A DNA stretch of 64,000 nucleotides from an uncultured Gammaproteobacteria bacterium (GTDB taxonomy: Bacteria; Patescibacteriota; Microgenomatia; CAYQLK01), in NCBI GenBank assembly GCA_964404855.1, contig CAYOLO010000002.1:67494-131493 (forward strand), read 5' to 3'. Positions 45,910-55,814 of the stretch are shown piece after piece (position 1 is the stretch's first letter; every line of letters begins with the position of its first letter). Made by a program: the position numbers and the translations under genes. The notes beneath the pieces were generated by a model. It was not told the origin of the DNA. It worked only from the letters and a program-made list of their open reading frames with translations, and ran no database searches.

Positions 45910-47568
45910 TTACCCATTTTTTGGGAACCTAACCTTAGGCCAATGTAACTTAAGGTGAGATAGCAAAAAGTCTCCGGACACTTGTTCGGGCAAAATTACA
46001 TAATCTGCTCCCAGCTCAGTCAGAATTGCGGCATGCTCTTTGTCGCCGGCTCGAACTACGATTGTCGCTTGAGACCTTCTTTTTTTGGCCTCCAGAATAA
46101 TCATCTCATTATCGGTTAAATCGTTGGCAGTCGAAATAATTAGTTTGGATTTACCTAGTTGAAGACCTTCTAGTATTTCTGGATCTCCGGCGTCGCCATA
46201 AATAATGTTGACTCCCTTGTTGCGGTATTCTTGTACGATGTGCGGATTAAAATCTAAAACAATGACCGGAATCTTTTCTCTGTGTAAGTAGTTCACAACT
46301 GGCCCCCCTACCTGGTGGGCACCGATTACAACCACGTGATCATCAAGATCTTCAATTTGGCGAGTTTCAAAAAGATGAATTTTGGAGTGGTGTTCAAAAA
46401 TAACAATAAATTCTTTGAGAATATTATAAATACTCTTGGAGTTTGAAATAAAAATTGAAGAGAGAATAATTGAACCAATCGCAACAGCTGCCATTACTGA
46501 TAACGATTCTTGAGATGCGAGCCCCGCTTGGACGCCGACAAGAAGAACAACTAGTGAAAACTCAGAGACTTGGGAGAGATTAAGTCCTGTTTGAAAAATA
46601 GTGTGCTTACGAAAACCAAAAGCACCCAAAAGAAACATATATAAAAGAGGCTTAATCACAATTGCAAAAACTGTAAAGGCCAAAATTATTGGCCAGTAAC
46701 CTAAAACGTCCAAAATATTGGCCTGAAGTCCAAGATAAACAAAAAATAATGTAAGGAAAAAATCTCTTAATGGTTTAATTTTGCCTTGAATTTGTAGGTG
46801 ATAAGGTGAAGAAGCCAGCGCAACTCCTGCCAAAAACGCACCTATTACTACCGAAAAGCCTGATACAACCGCGAGAGTTGTAAATACAAAACACCAAGTG
46901 ATGGCTGTAAGAAATAACAGTTCGACTGATTTGGCGACTGCGTCGAATACTCTTTCTAAGACGAATCTCGAAAGTAAGAAAGTGAGAATAAATAATCCTA
47001 TTGCCTTAAGTATTAGTGTAATGATTGACAAGCTTTGCTGGAGTCCTAACCCTAAAGCAGACTCGCTAACCGAAATAAACATTAAAACAACTATGGCCAC
47101 AAGATCCTCAATAAGGAGAATTCCGATTGAGAGTTTGCCGTGAAGAGATGCGAGCTCTCTTTTTTCTAATAACATTTTGACGACAACTACGGTTGATGAA
47201 AAAGCTAGTCCTAGTCCAAGATACAAGCTAACCCCTGGACCAAATCCTAAAGTAGTAGCGATTACAAAACCCGCCAAAGTGCTGACAAATATTTGTCCAA
47301 GGGCGGAAAATATAATTGGCATACCTAGAGATTTGATTTCTCTTAAATCGAGCTCCATGCCAATCAAAAAAAGCACAAAGGCAATACCAATTTCTGGTAG
47401 GGCTTCGAAGACTGGAGAATGTCCTGGGTCAATAAGGCTAAGTACTGATATAACAACGCCAGCTAGTAAATAAGCGACAACGAGAGGAAGTTTGAATTTG
47501 AGTGTAACAAACCCAATTAACGAAGAAAGGCTTAATGCGACAGCAAGTTGTGAAAAAATGTTTTCCAT
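45910..47568 (-). CDS. CPA2 cation:proton antiporter with TrkA-N domain (Kef-like)
   Basis: FSSTVVVVK, LLIEDL, GAFLAG, LSQVSEFS, C-terminal YGDA. Confidence 0.92.
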   Translation of the reverse strand: MENIFSQLAVALSLSSLIGFVTLKFKLPLVVAYLLAGVVISVLSLIDPGHSPVFEALPEIGIAFVLFLIGMELDLREIKSLGMPIIFSALGQIFVSTLAGFVIATTLGFGPGVSLYLGLGLAFSSTVVVVKMLLEKRELASLHGKLSIGILLIEDLVAIVVLMFISVSESALGLGLQQSLSIITLILKAIGLFILTFLLSRFVLERVFDAVAKSVELLFLTAITWCFVFTTLAVVSGFSVVIGAFLAGVALASSPYHLQIQGKIKPLRDFFLTLFFVYLGLQANILDVLGYWPIILAFTVFAIVIKPLLYMFLLGAFGFRKHTIFQTGLNLSQVSEFSLVVLLVGVQAGLASQESLSVMAAVAIGSIILSSIFISNSKSIYNILKEFIVIFEHHSKIHLFETRQIEDLDDHVVVIGAHQVGGPVVNYLHREKIPVIVLDFNPHIVQEYRNKGVNIIYGDAGDPEILEGLQLGKSKLIISTANDLTDNEMIILEAKKRRSQATIVVRAGDKEHAAILTELGADYVILPEQVSGDFLLSHLKLHWPKVRFPKNG

Positions 47569-47733
47569 TTGGGCAGCTAATTTTGTTATTAAAAAAATTA
47601 CTTATCAATACTAAAGTATACGATTTTCTTACATCTTTGTTTAGTAAATATGATATATCCTATAATTTTTGATTAATGAGAGTAAATCGCATACAATCTG
47701 AGAACAAAACTCATTAAATATATTAGTTTAAAA

Positions 47734-48774
47734 ATGAATCGAGGATTTTGGGACAAATTAAATAAACCGATTATCGGCCTGTCGCCAATGGACGGCGTAA
47801 CTGATGCGGCTTTTAGATATATAACTGACAAATACAGTCAGCCTGATGTTTTGTTCACAGAATTTACATCTGTCGAAGGTATTGCTGCCGGAGCTGACAA
47901 ATTATTAAGTGCCTTTGTGTATCATAAAAGTCCTACTCCAATTGTTGGGCAGATTTTTGGTTCTACGCCAAATGATTTTTATAAAAGTGCTTTTGTTTTA
48001 GCGGAACTTGGATTCGATGGAATTGATATTAATATGGGTTGCCCCGATCCCCATGTAGCAAAAAAAGGGGGTGGTGCAGGACTTATCAAAACTCCGGAGC
48101 TAGCACGCGAAATTATCATTGCAACTCAGAAGGGGTCTGAAGACTGGGCAAGCGGAATAAAAATTGAAAAAACTGGGCTTCCGAAGACAATAACTAATTG
48201 GATAAAAAACTATAAAGAAAAAAATAATATTTTAACAAATAATATTTTACTGCCAGTCTCTGTCAAAACAAGAATAGGTTACGATGAAATAGTTACAGAA
48301 TCTTGGATTGAAACATTGCTTACCACAAAGCCTGCCAATATTACATTACACGGTCGAACACTTAAACAACTATATAGTGGAGAAGCCAACTGGGAGGAAA
48401 TATCAATAGCAGCTAGGCTGACAAAGGATACTACAACCACATTACTTGGAAATGGTGATATTAAATCAATGGATGATGCGCTTGAAAAAATATCGCATTA
48501 CAAAACAGATGGTGCACTAATTGGTCGAGCAGCGTTTGGTAAACCTGAAATTTTTTCTAATAAAGAAATCATTTTGAATGAAAAACTTAAAATTGCAATT
48601 GAACACTGTGAAGCATTTGAAAAATTAACTCCTGAATTAAATTTTTTATCAGTGAGAAAACATTTGGCGTGGTACTGTAAAGGATTTAATAATGCCAGTG
48701 ACAAAAGAATGGCACTTATGATGTCAACCAATTCTAAAGAGGTGCGGAAAATAATCGAAAGTGTAATTAAATAA
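47734..48774 (+). CDS. dus: tRNA-dihydrouridine synthase
   Basis: SPMDGVTD, DINMGCP, SVKTRIG, LHGRT, GNGDI, IGRA. Confidence 0.93.
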   Translation: MNRGFWDKLNKPIIGLSPMDGVTDAAFRYITDKYSQPDVLFTEFTSVEGIAAGADKLLSAFVYHKSPTPIVGQIFGSTPNDFYKSAFVLAELGFDGIDINMGCPDPHVAKKGGGAGLIKTPELAREIIIATQKGSEDWASGIKIEKTGLPKTITNWIKNYKEKNNILTNNILLPVSVKTRIGYDEIVTESWIETLLTTKPANITLHGRTLKQLYSGEANWEEISIAARLTKDTTTTLLGNGDIKSMDDALEKISHYKTDGALIGRAAFGKPEIFSNKEIILNEKLKIAIEHCEAFEKLTPELNFLSVRKHLAWYCKGFNNASDKRMALMMSTNSKEVRKIIESVIK

Positions 48775-48776
48775 TT

Positions 48777-49565
48777 TTAGAGGGATGTTTTTAGCCAACT
48801 CAAAATATCAGTAACTGTTTGTGGATTTTTCAAAAGTTCTACACCGTGAGCAGTAGATTCAGGATAAATTTTAATTGATTTTGGGTTCGAAGACTTACCA
48901 AAAAATTCTTGAGATGATGTAAGATCTTTTTGGTCGGTTAGGAAAAATATATTTGAAGGACGAAAGTTATTTATATTTTTTCCTTGCAGTGGGCCGTTGG
49001 TTTTTGAAGCAGAAATAGTAACAGTAGCAGAAATAGTATTTTGGTTTGACCCTGAATAAACATAAGCAATATTTGCGCCAAGACTGGCGCCAATTACACC
49101 AATATGCTCCTTGTCGGTGTCAGGTAAGTTTCTAATATATTCAACTGAGGCCTCAAGATCTCCGACTAAGGAATCAAGATAAATACCGGCAGGTTCTTGT
49201 TCAACGGACGACTTAGACCTACCCATACCTCTTAAATCAAAAACTAAAACTCTATAACCGTTATCCAATAATGTGGGAATAAATGCTGACCAGTCTGATC
49301 TATCAGAATCGGATTGATGAACAAGAATTAATGATTTGTAGGGAGGTATTGTATTGACTGGGGAATATACAGTCGCCGAAATTACAGATTTATCTTTGGT
49401 AATGTAGGTAATTTCGTTACCGAAAATATTTTGTTTGGGAGTAGGAGTTGGTGAGAGGGAAACATTAACGGACGGGGATATTGAAATATTATTAATCCTA
49501 ACAACTGCGAGAAGTAAAGCTGAAACAGCTAAAAAAAGAATTAATATAAATAATCCAGGTTTCAT
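48777..49565 (-). CDS. Membrane-anchored alpha/beta hydrolase
   Basis: FDLRGMGRS, GASLG nucleophile elbow, HG. Confidence 0.85.
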   Translation of the reverse strand: MKPGLFILILFLAVSALLLAVVRINNISISPSVNVSLSPTPTPKQNIFGNEITYITKDKSVISATVYSPVNTIPPYKSLILVHQSDSDRSDWSAFIPTLLDNGYRVLVFDLRGMGRSKSSVEQEPAGIYLDSLVGDLEASVEYIRNLPDTDKEHIGVIGASLGANIAYVYSGSNQNTISATVTISASKTNGPLQGKNINNFRPSNIFFLTDQKDLTSSQEFFGKSSNPKSIKIYPESTAHGVELLKNPQTVTDILSWLKTSL

Positions 49566-50872
49566 TAAATATTCTCTAAACTAATTTTTATGCGACTAGT
49601 ACAAACTTCTTTGCCTAATATTTCCATTGTTTCAAACAGTGGAGGAGTTGCTGTACTGCCAGTGACTGCAACTCTTAAAATCATAAATACAACGCCTGGT
49701 TTTTGTTCAGTTTTTGTAACATATTCTCTAAATCTGTTTTCAAGTTCTTCGTGAGAAAAATTATTTAGTTCAGAGATTAGCTTAAGTGAGTCAATAATAA
49801 TGTTTTTGACTAAACTAGTATCATTTTTACCAACTAAATCTTTGATGTTTGGCGAAAAATCTCCAAAGAAAAACCCGGAGTATTTAGCAAAGTCAGCTAA
49901 GGTTACTAAGCGCTCTTTAACTAGAGGAATGACTTTTGTGATTTCTTTTGTGTTAATTTTTGGATCAATAAAACCACCCGATATTATTTTTTCCGCTAAA
50001 TCTTTATCGCTCAGTGCTCTTATATATTGGCCGTTATACCAGTTAAGCTTATCAATATTAAAAGTTGGCATAGTTGGATTAATTCCTTTTAAGTCGAACT
50101 TTGAAACTAATTCTTCTCTGGTAAATATTTCTTGATCAGTTTTTGGAGACCAACCAAGAAGTGCTAAAAAGTTAAAAATTGCCTCTGGTAGGTATCCATT
50201 ATCCCGATAAATCATTGCTGATTCAGCACCGTGACGTTTACTAAGTTTTGCTTTGTCAGGACCAACTATTAATGGGAGGTGGACATAAAAAGGTATTTCA
50301 TTTCCCCAACCTAGGGAATTAAACATTTGAATATGTTTGGGTGTTGAGGATATCCACTCATCACCACGAAAAACATGACTGATTTTCATTAGGTGGTCAT
50401 CAACTACATGTGCAAAGTGATATGTGGGATAACCGTCGGATTTGATAATTACAAAATCTCCAAAACTCTCATTAGCAAACTCGATTTTGCCATGAACTAA
50501 ATCATCCCAAGAGGTTACACCTTCTGTTTTGGTCTTAAAGCGAATAGCTCCATCCTCTTTGTAAGCATCCCCAGAGTTGAGCAACTGATCAGCGTATTTG
50601 TGATAAATATCCAGTCTTTGAGATTGAATATATGGACCATATTCACCACCAACCAATGGACCTTCATCTGGTTCAATTTCTAACCATTTTAGGCCTTCCA
50701 CTATTTTTTCTTCAGATCCTGGTACAAGCCGTGCCTGATCAGTATCCTCAATGCGAAGAATATATTTACCGTTATTGGCTCTAGCAAATAACCAGTTAAA
50801 AACTGCAGTTCGACTAAAACCAATATGTGGAGTCCCTGTTGGCGAAGGCGCGACTCTTACTCTGACTTCCAT
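49565..50872 (-). CDS. gltX: Glutamate--tRNA ligase (short form)
   Basis: RVAPSPTG.PHIG, LRIEDTD, VVDDHLM, RGDEW, KLSKRHG. Confidence 0.96.
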   Translation of the reverse strand: MEVRVRVAPSPTGTPHIGFSRTAVFNWLFARANNGKYILRIEDTDQARLVPGSEEKIVEGLKWLEIEPDEGPLVGGEYGPYIQSQRLDIYHKYADQLLNSGDAYKEDGAIRFKTKTEGVTSWDDLVHGKIEFANESFGDFVIIKSDGYPTYHFAHVVDDHLMKISHVFRGDEWISSTPKHIQMFNSLGWGNEIPFYVHLPLIVGPDKAKLSKRHGAESAMIYRDNGYLPEAIFNFLALLGWSPKTDQEIFTREELVSKFDLKGINPTMPTFNIDKLNWYNGQYIRALSDKDLAEKIISGGFIDPKINTKEITKVIPLVKERLVTLADFAKYSGFFFGDFSPNIKDLVGKNDTSLVKNIIIDSLKLISELNNFSHEELENRFREYVTKTEQKPGVVFMILRVAVTGSTATPPLFETMEILGKEVCTSRIKISLENI

Positions 50873-50957
50873 AATTTACAGTAGTTGAATTGTTATATAC
50901 TTTATCTAAAGCTTACGAATTGTACAAGATTTATCAAGTAACAACTAATTTCAAATC

Positions 50958-52058
50958 ATGTCGAGTTTAACGGATACTGCAAATACGGTAAAAAGAATTG
51001 GGGTGGTTGGCGTAATCGGAGCGGTGGTTGTTGGAGTAATAATCGTCACACTAATTGGAGCAATAGCAGTTAAAAATAAATACTTCCCTGCTAAGCCAGA
51101 AGTTGTTGAGTTAAGCAAGTTTGGAAAAATAACTCCGATAAATTTTTTATCACAAACTAATATTGACCCAGCTAAGTTAAATTTTCAGATTGAAACAGTG
51201 TCTGGAGACTTGGGAACAACACCACCAAATGAAAAGGTTTTTAAATTTGTAGTGCAAAGCCCTGCAATATTGGGCTTGGAAAATGCCAAGGCAACCGCAG
51301 AAAAAATGGGCTTTGTCTCAGAACCGCAAAATGTTGAGGGGGTAGTTTATCAATGGATAGATGAAGTAACTGGGAGGGTTTTGACCTACAACATTGTTAG
51401 CAAAAATTTTAACATCGAATCTGAAAGAATTTTTTCTCCAGAATATGTTTCTGTTCCTCCACCTGGTAATGAAGCAGCAATTAAAATTGCGAAAAGCTGG
51501 CTGAATCAGAACAATCTGTTTCAAAAAGATTTTGATGAGAGCAAGATAATAACTCGCCCAATCAAGGTAGAAGTTACACAGCTCAAGGAAGCCTTGTCCC
51601 TATCTGAGGCAAATTATGTTGAAGTAAGTTTTAGAAGAAAAGATATTAACGAAATTCCTGTAGTTGAACCGTCGATATCAGGCTTAGTTTCAATTCTTGT
51701 TACTGGAAATGCTGGCAGAGAGTCAGTCGCTCAAGTAAATTACAAATACAATCAAGTTGATGAAGAATCCTACTCCCACTATCCTTTAATTACCAGTGAA
51801 GAAGCGTTTGCAAAACTTAAAAGTGGTGAAGGTGGTAAGGTGATTTCCTCGCCAGTAGTCTCTGGCACAGTTTTTATTCGAAAAGTATATTTGGCTTATT
51901 ATTTGTCAGATTTTGATGATGAATATTTACAGCCAGTAGTTGTATTTGACAGTCTTGATGGATTCGTCGGCGTAAGCCCAGCGATTAAAGATGATCAGTA
52001 TGAACCAGAAAGTGTTAATCAAAATAAAAAGACTCAACCAACGCAAAACCCAAGGTAA
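50958..52058 (+). CDS. Membrane-anchored hypothetical protein
   Basis: N-terminal TM; C-terminal VYLAYY...YLQPV motif. Confidence 0.75.
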   Translation: MSSLTDTANTVKRIGVVGVIGAVVVGVIIVTLIGAIAVKNKYFPAKPEVVELSKFGKITPINFLSQTNIDPAKLNFQIETVSGDLGTTPPNEKVFKFVVQSPAILGLENAKATAEKMGFVSEPQNVEGVVYQWIDEVTGRVLTYNIVSKNFNIESERIFSPEYVSVPPPGNEAAIKIAKSWLNQNNLFQKDFDESKIITRPIKVEVTQLKEALSLSEANYVEVSFRRKDINEIPVVEPSISGLVSILVTGNAGRESVAQVNYKYNQVDEESYSHYPLITSEEAFAKLKSGEGGKVISSPVVSGTVFIRKVYLAYYLSDFDDEYLQPVVVFDSLDGFVGVSPAIKDDQYEPESVNQNKKTQPTQNPR

Positions 52059-52061
52059 GAG

Positions 52062-53069
52062 CTAATAGTTAATCCACTCAAAATTTTGATATGCCCACTC
52101 GATTATGTTTTGACTCTCCTCAAATCTGTTTTGTGACCCAAGCAAAACAATAATTAGTTCTTTATTCTCTCGATTCGTAAGTGTAATCAGATTCTGACCT
52201 GCGCCATCAGTCGTTCCTGTTTTGCCCGCAATAACACCAGGCACGCTAAACAAAAGTTCATTAAGATTGGTCAGTGGGTAAGTTTTGTTTGCCAAGGTGT
52301 TGGTCAGAACCAGTGTGCGAGTATTGGATATTTCTTCAATGATAGGAGATTCTATGAACGCCACTTTTGCAAGTTTTGCAAGATCCTCAGCGGTTGAGTA
52401 TAGATTTGGGGAATCTAAGCCGGCTGGATTAGAAAACTGTGTGTCTTTCATATTTAGTTCCGCTGCTTTCTGGTTCATTCTAAAAATGAATGAGTCGTAG
52501 TTTTCTGCACAGTTGTCAGCCAAAGCAAAGGCGGCATCGTTAGCTGAAGCGATAAGCGTCGCAAATAACAAGTTTTTAATAGTAATATTCTCCCCTTCAG
52601 ATAAACCAATTACTGTTCCATCAACCTTTGATCTTTTAACAGATACGACTTTGTCTGGATTACAATTCTCTAAAGCCACAACGGCGGTCATAAGCTTGGT
52701 GGTGGATGCAGGTAATAATTTACTATCTTTGTTTTTTGAAAAGAGAACAACACTTGATAAAGGGTCAACTACAAATAGTGATCTGGCTGTGGTTTGCGGT
52801 GGTAGGCTTGCCCCTAAAATTCGCTGAGGATATGAGCTTGGTTCAGAAAAAAATTTGGAATCTAAGTTTTTGGGAGACGAAAATGGCTTGAGATTTAGAT
52901 AAAGCTCATCAGAATAAAAATTTGGATATTTTGAGTTGGCCAAAATTACAATAATTAATCCAAGAAAAAATACAGCAATGGTTTTGCTGGTAAGTAATTT
53001 GACGAATAGAGAATTTTTAAGGAGTGAGTCTCTTAAGATCTCTAGGGAAGAGCGTTGCTTTTTTGACAT
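52062..53069 (-). CDS. D-alanyl-D-alanine carboxypeptidase (peptidase S11)
   Basis: PASTTKLMTA, SANDAA, NPAGLD, GKTGTT. Confidence 0.92.
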   Translation of the reverse strand: MSKKQRSSLEILRDSLLKNSLFVKLLTSKTIAVFFLGLIIVILANSKYPNFYSDELYLNLKPFSSPKNLDSKFFSEPSSYPQRILGASLPPQTTARSLFVVDPLSSVVLFSKNKDSKLLPASTTKLMTAVVALENCNPDKVVSVKRSKVDGTVIGLSEGENITIKNLLFATLIASANDAAFALADNCAENYDSFIFRMNQKAAELNMKDTQFSNPAGLDSPNLYSTAEDLAKLAKVAFIESPIIEEISNTRTLVLTNTLANKTYPLTNLNELLFSVPGVIAGKTGTTDGAGQNLITLTNRENKELIIVLLGSQNRFEESQNIIEWAYQNFEWINY

Positions 53070-54309
53070 TGTCTAAGTTTAAGAACTTTGCTGTTAATCT
53101 TTCAAGACCTATTGCTAGTCCACCGTGAGGAGGCATACCAAACTTAAAGGCATCAAGATATGATTCAAAGTTTTTTGGATCAAGTTTTCTTTCCTTTATT
53201 TTTTCTATTAATTGATTATAGTCGTGTATTCTTTGTCCGCCAGTCGTTACTTCAATTCCTCGGTAAATTAAATCAAAACTGTCGGTAACAGTTGGATCCT
53301 CATTAGATGGATATGCATAAAATGGTCTTTTTGAGGTGGGAAAATGGGTAACAAAAACAAAATCGCTGTCCTCGTTCTTTAAATAATATTCACTCAAATC
53401 TTTTTCATCTTGTGGCTCTAAATCAGGTTCGTTCGTATTGTCTCTGCCATATTCTTTTTTAATCAGTATTTGTGCATCTTTTAATGTAATGGTTGGAATT
53501 TTTTTGGGTAGTTTGGGTAACTCAACACCAAAGGCCGAAAATATGTTTTTTGCTTTTGCGGAAAGTGCATCAACTAAATTATTTAAAAATATTTCTTCAA
53601 CTTCTAAAATATCTTTAAACGATTGAATATACCCCATTTCTAAATCAAGACTTGTGTACTCATTAACATGACGAGAGGTATCGTGCTCTTCAGCTCTAAA
53701 AACTGGCGCGATTTCATAAACCCTGTCAAAAACACCTGCCATTATCTGCTTATAAAATTGTGGACTTTGCGCCAGATAAGCTTTTTTACCAAAGTAATCG
53801 ACGGTGAACAAATTAGCACCACCCTCTGTCGCCGTTGAAACTATTTTAGGTGTAAAAACCTGAGTGAAACCAATGTCATTAAGTGTGGAAGAAAAAGTAT
53901 TAGCAATAATTGACTGAACTTTAAAAATATTTCTTTGTTTAATATTTCTTAATGTTAGTGGCCGGTGATCCAAAAGTGTATCGATTGCCAAATCCAAATC
54001 TTTGGCAGACAAGTCGAAAGGAAGTTCTTGAGACTTACTTAGCACTTTGATACTCTCAGCCACCATTTCTACTTTACCTGTTTCGATATCCTGATTAACT
54101 AGGTTTTCAGGTCTTAGTTTTATCTCCCCTGTTATCTCGACCGTGTCTTGTTGCGAAAGATCTTCTCCTGTTTTGACTACAACTTGAATGTATCCAGTTC
54201 TGTCTAGGAGATCTAAAAACTTTATTTTTCCGTGATCCCGAATAATATTAACCCTGCCACAAAGTGTGACTGTTTCCCCAATTTTTTTTGCCGACTCAGT
54301 AATTGTCAT
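53017..54309 (-). CDS. aspS: Aspartate--tRNA ligase, short archaeal/non-discriminating type
   Basis: EGGANLF, YLAQSPQFYKQ, FRAEEHDT.RH, GGQRIH, GMPPHGG.AIGLER; no bacterial GAD insertion. Confidence 0.92.
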   Translation of the reverse strand: MTITESAKKIGETVTLCGRVNIIRDHGKIKFLDLLDRTGYIQVVVKTGEDLSQQDTVEITGEIKLRPENLVNQDIETGKVEMVAESIKVLSKSQELPFDLSAKDLDLAIDTLLDHRPLTLRNIKQRNIFKVQSIIANTFSSTLNDIGFTQVFTPKIVSTATEGGANLFTVDYFGKKAYLAQSPQFYKQIMAGVFDRVYEIAPVFRAEEHDTSRHVNEYTSLDLEMGYIQSFKDILEVEEIFLNNLVDALSAKAKNIFSAFGVELPKLPKKIPTITLKDAQILIKKEYGRDNTNEPDLEPQDEKDLSEYYLKNEDSDFVFVTHFPTSKRPFYAYPSNEDPTVTDSFDLIYRGIEVTTGGQRIHDYNQLIEKIKERKLDPKNFESYLDAFKFGMPPHGGLAIGLERLTAKFLNLDNVKKATLFPRDLKRLTP

Positions 54310-54347
54310 AAGGTGATTCTAATTAGACAAGCAAGAATTGTAAATGA

Positions 54348-55814
54348 TTATTTATTTAATTTTTTGATTTGAGATCTGGCGTGGGAAGTGACAACAAAAT
54401 TAAGCCAGTCTCTGTTTGGGAGTTTATCATTTTTGCTAGTAATAATCTCAACCACGTCGTGGCTTTTTAATTTGTGGTCGAGTGGCACTTGTTTGCTGTT
54501 TACCAAAGCACCTGTGCAATTGTTCCCAATTGTCGTGTGTACCGAGTATGCAAAATCAACTGGTGTAGATCCAACCGGTAAATCTTGCACATCACCCGCG
54601 GGCGTAAAAACAAAAATTCTTTCGCTGAAAAGATCAATTTTTAGACTTTCTAAGAGTTCTTCATTCGACTTAACATCATTTTGCCAAGAAGAAAGTCTGC
54701 GCATTATTTCTACTTTTCTTTCGTCCGCAACAAAGCCTTTATCTATTTCTTGACTTGATGAATGATGTTTTTTTTCGGAATAATGCCAATGCGAAGCAAC
54801 ACCATGTTCCGCCTCTTCATGCATAAATTCGTCACGAATCTGTACTTCAATAATATTTCCTCCTGGTCCAAATATTGCGGTATGGAGCGATTGATAACCA
54901 TTATTTTTAGGATTGGCAATATAATCTCTAAGATATCCAGGTAACGGCCTGTACGCTTTGTGCACATGTCCCAAAACTTTGTAACAGTTTTCGACATCTT
55001 TGACTATAATCCTCATCGCTAACAGATCGTAAATCTTGGTGATATCACCAGATATTTCTGGACGATTGAGTTTGCGATATAGAGAGTAAATATGTTTTTT
55101 TCTGGATTGAATTTTGTATTCAATTTTGTGGTTTTCTAAAATCTCAGATATTTTTCTTTCTGCTTCTGAAAGAGACTTGTCTAATTTTTCAAAACCTTTG
55201 GTTGCAACCTCAAGTGTTTCTTGGTATTTATCTGGATATAAATAAGGAAAGCTAAGATCTTCTAATAATCCTTTCATTTCACCAATTCCTAATCTTTCAG
55301 CAAGAGGTGCAAACACTTCAAGCGTTTCTTTGGCAATTCTCTCCTGTTTGTGTGCTGGTAAAAATTCTAAAGTCTGCATATTGTGTGTTCTGTCAGCAAG
55401 TCTAATAATTGCTACTCTAATATCGTTGGAAGCAGCTAGGAACATTTTGCGAAGGTTTTCGACAAATTCTTCTTTATCCGAAGTCAGTCTAATTGATTTG
55501 AGATTAGTTACGCCTTCAACTAATTCATTGACTTTGGAGCCAAATTCTTTTTCCAAATCTTTGGATGTAACAGCTGTATCTTCGAGTGTGTCGTGCAGAA
55601 GGGCTGCGGCAATCGCAGCAGTGTCATACATATTAAAATCAATTAAAATTGAGGCAACATTAAGCGGATGGACGATATACGGATCGCCGGATGCGCGCTT
55701 CTGAGTATCGTGCGCTAAATTCGCGTATTCGTAAGCTTTCTTAATAAATCCCGTGTCGACGTCTGGTGCGACTTTTTTAAATTTTTGTTCAAGCTCGTTG
55801 TATGTTTTTATCAC
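54348..55814 (-). CDS. rel: RelA/SpoT (p)ppGpp synthetase/hydrolase (HD-SYN-TGS)
   Basis: LLHDTLED, LADRTHNM, YQSLH, EVQIR, TGS DFAY.VHT. Confidence 0.92.
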   Translation of the reverse strand: MIKTYNELEQKFKKVAPDVDTGFIKKAYEYANLAHDTQKRASGDPYIVHPLNVASILIDFNMYDTAAIAAALLHDTLEDTAVTSKDLEKEFGSKVNELVEGVTNLKSIRLTSDKEEFVENLRKMFLAASNDIRVAIIRLADRTHNMQTLEFLPAHKQERIAKETLEVFAPLAERLGIGEMKGLLEDLSFPYLYPDKYQETLEVATKGFEKLDKSLSEAERKISEILENHKIEYKIQSRKKHIYSLYRKLNRPEISGDITKIYDLLAMRIIVKDVENCYKVLGHVHKAYRPLPGYLRDYIANPKNNGYQSLHTAIFGPGGNIIEVQIRDEFMHEEAEHGVASHWHYSEKKHHSSSQEIDKGFVADERKVEIMRRLSSWQNDVKSNEELLESLKIDLFSERIFVFTPAGDVQDLPVGSTPVDFAYSVHTTIGNNCTGALVNSKQVPLDHKLKSHDVVEIITSKNDKLPNRDWLNFVVTSHARSQIKKLNK

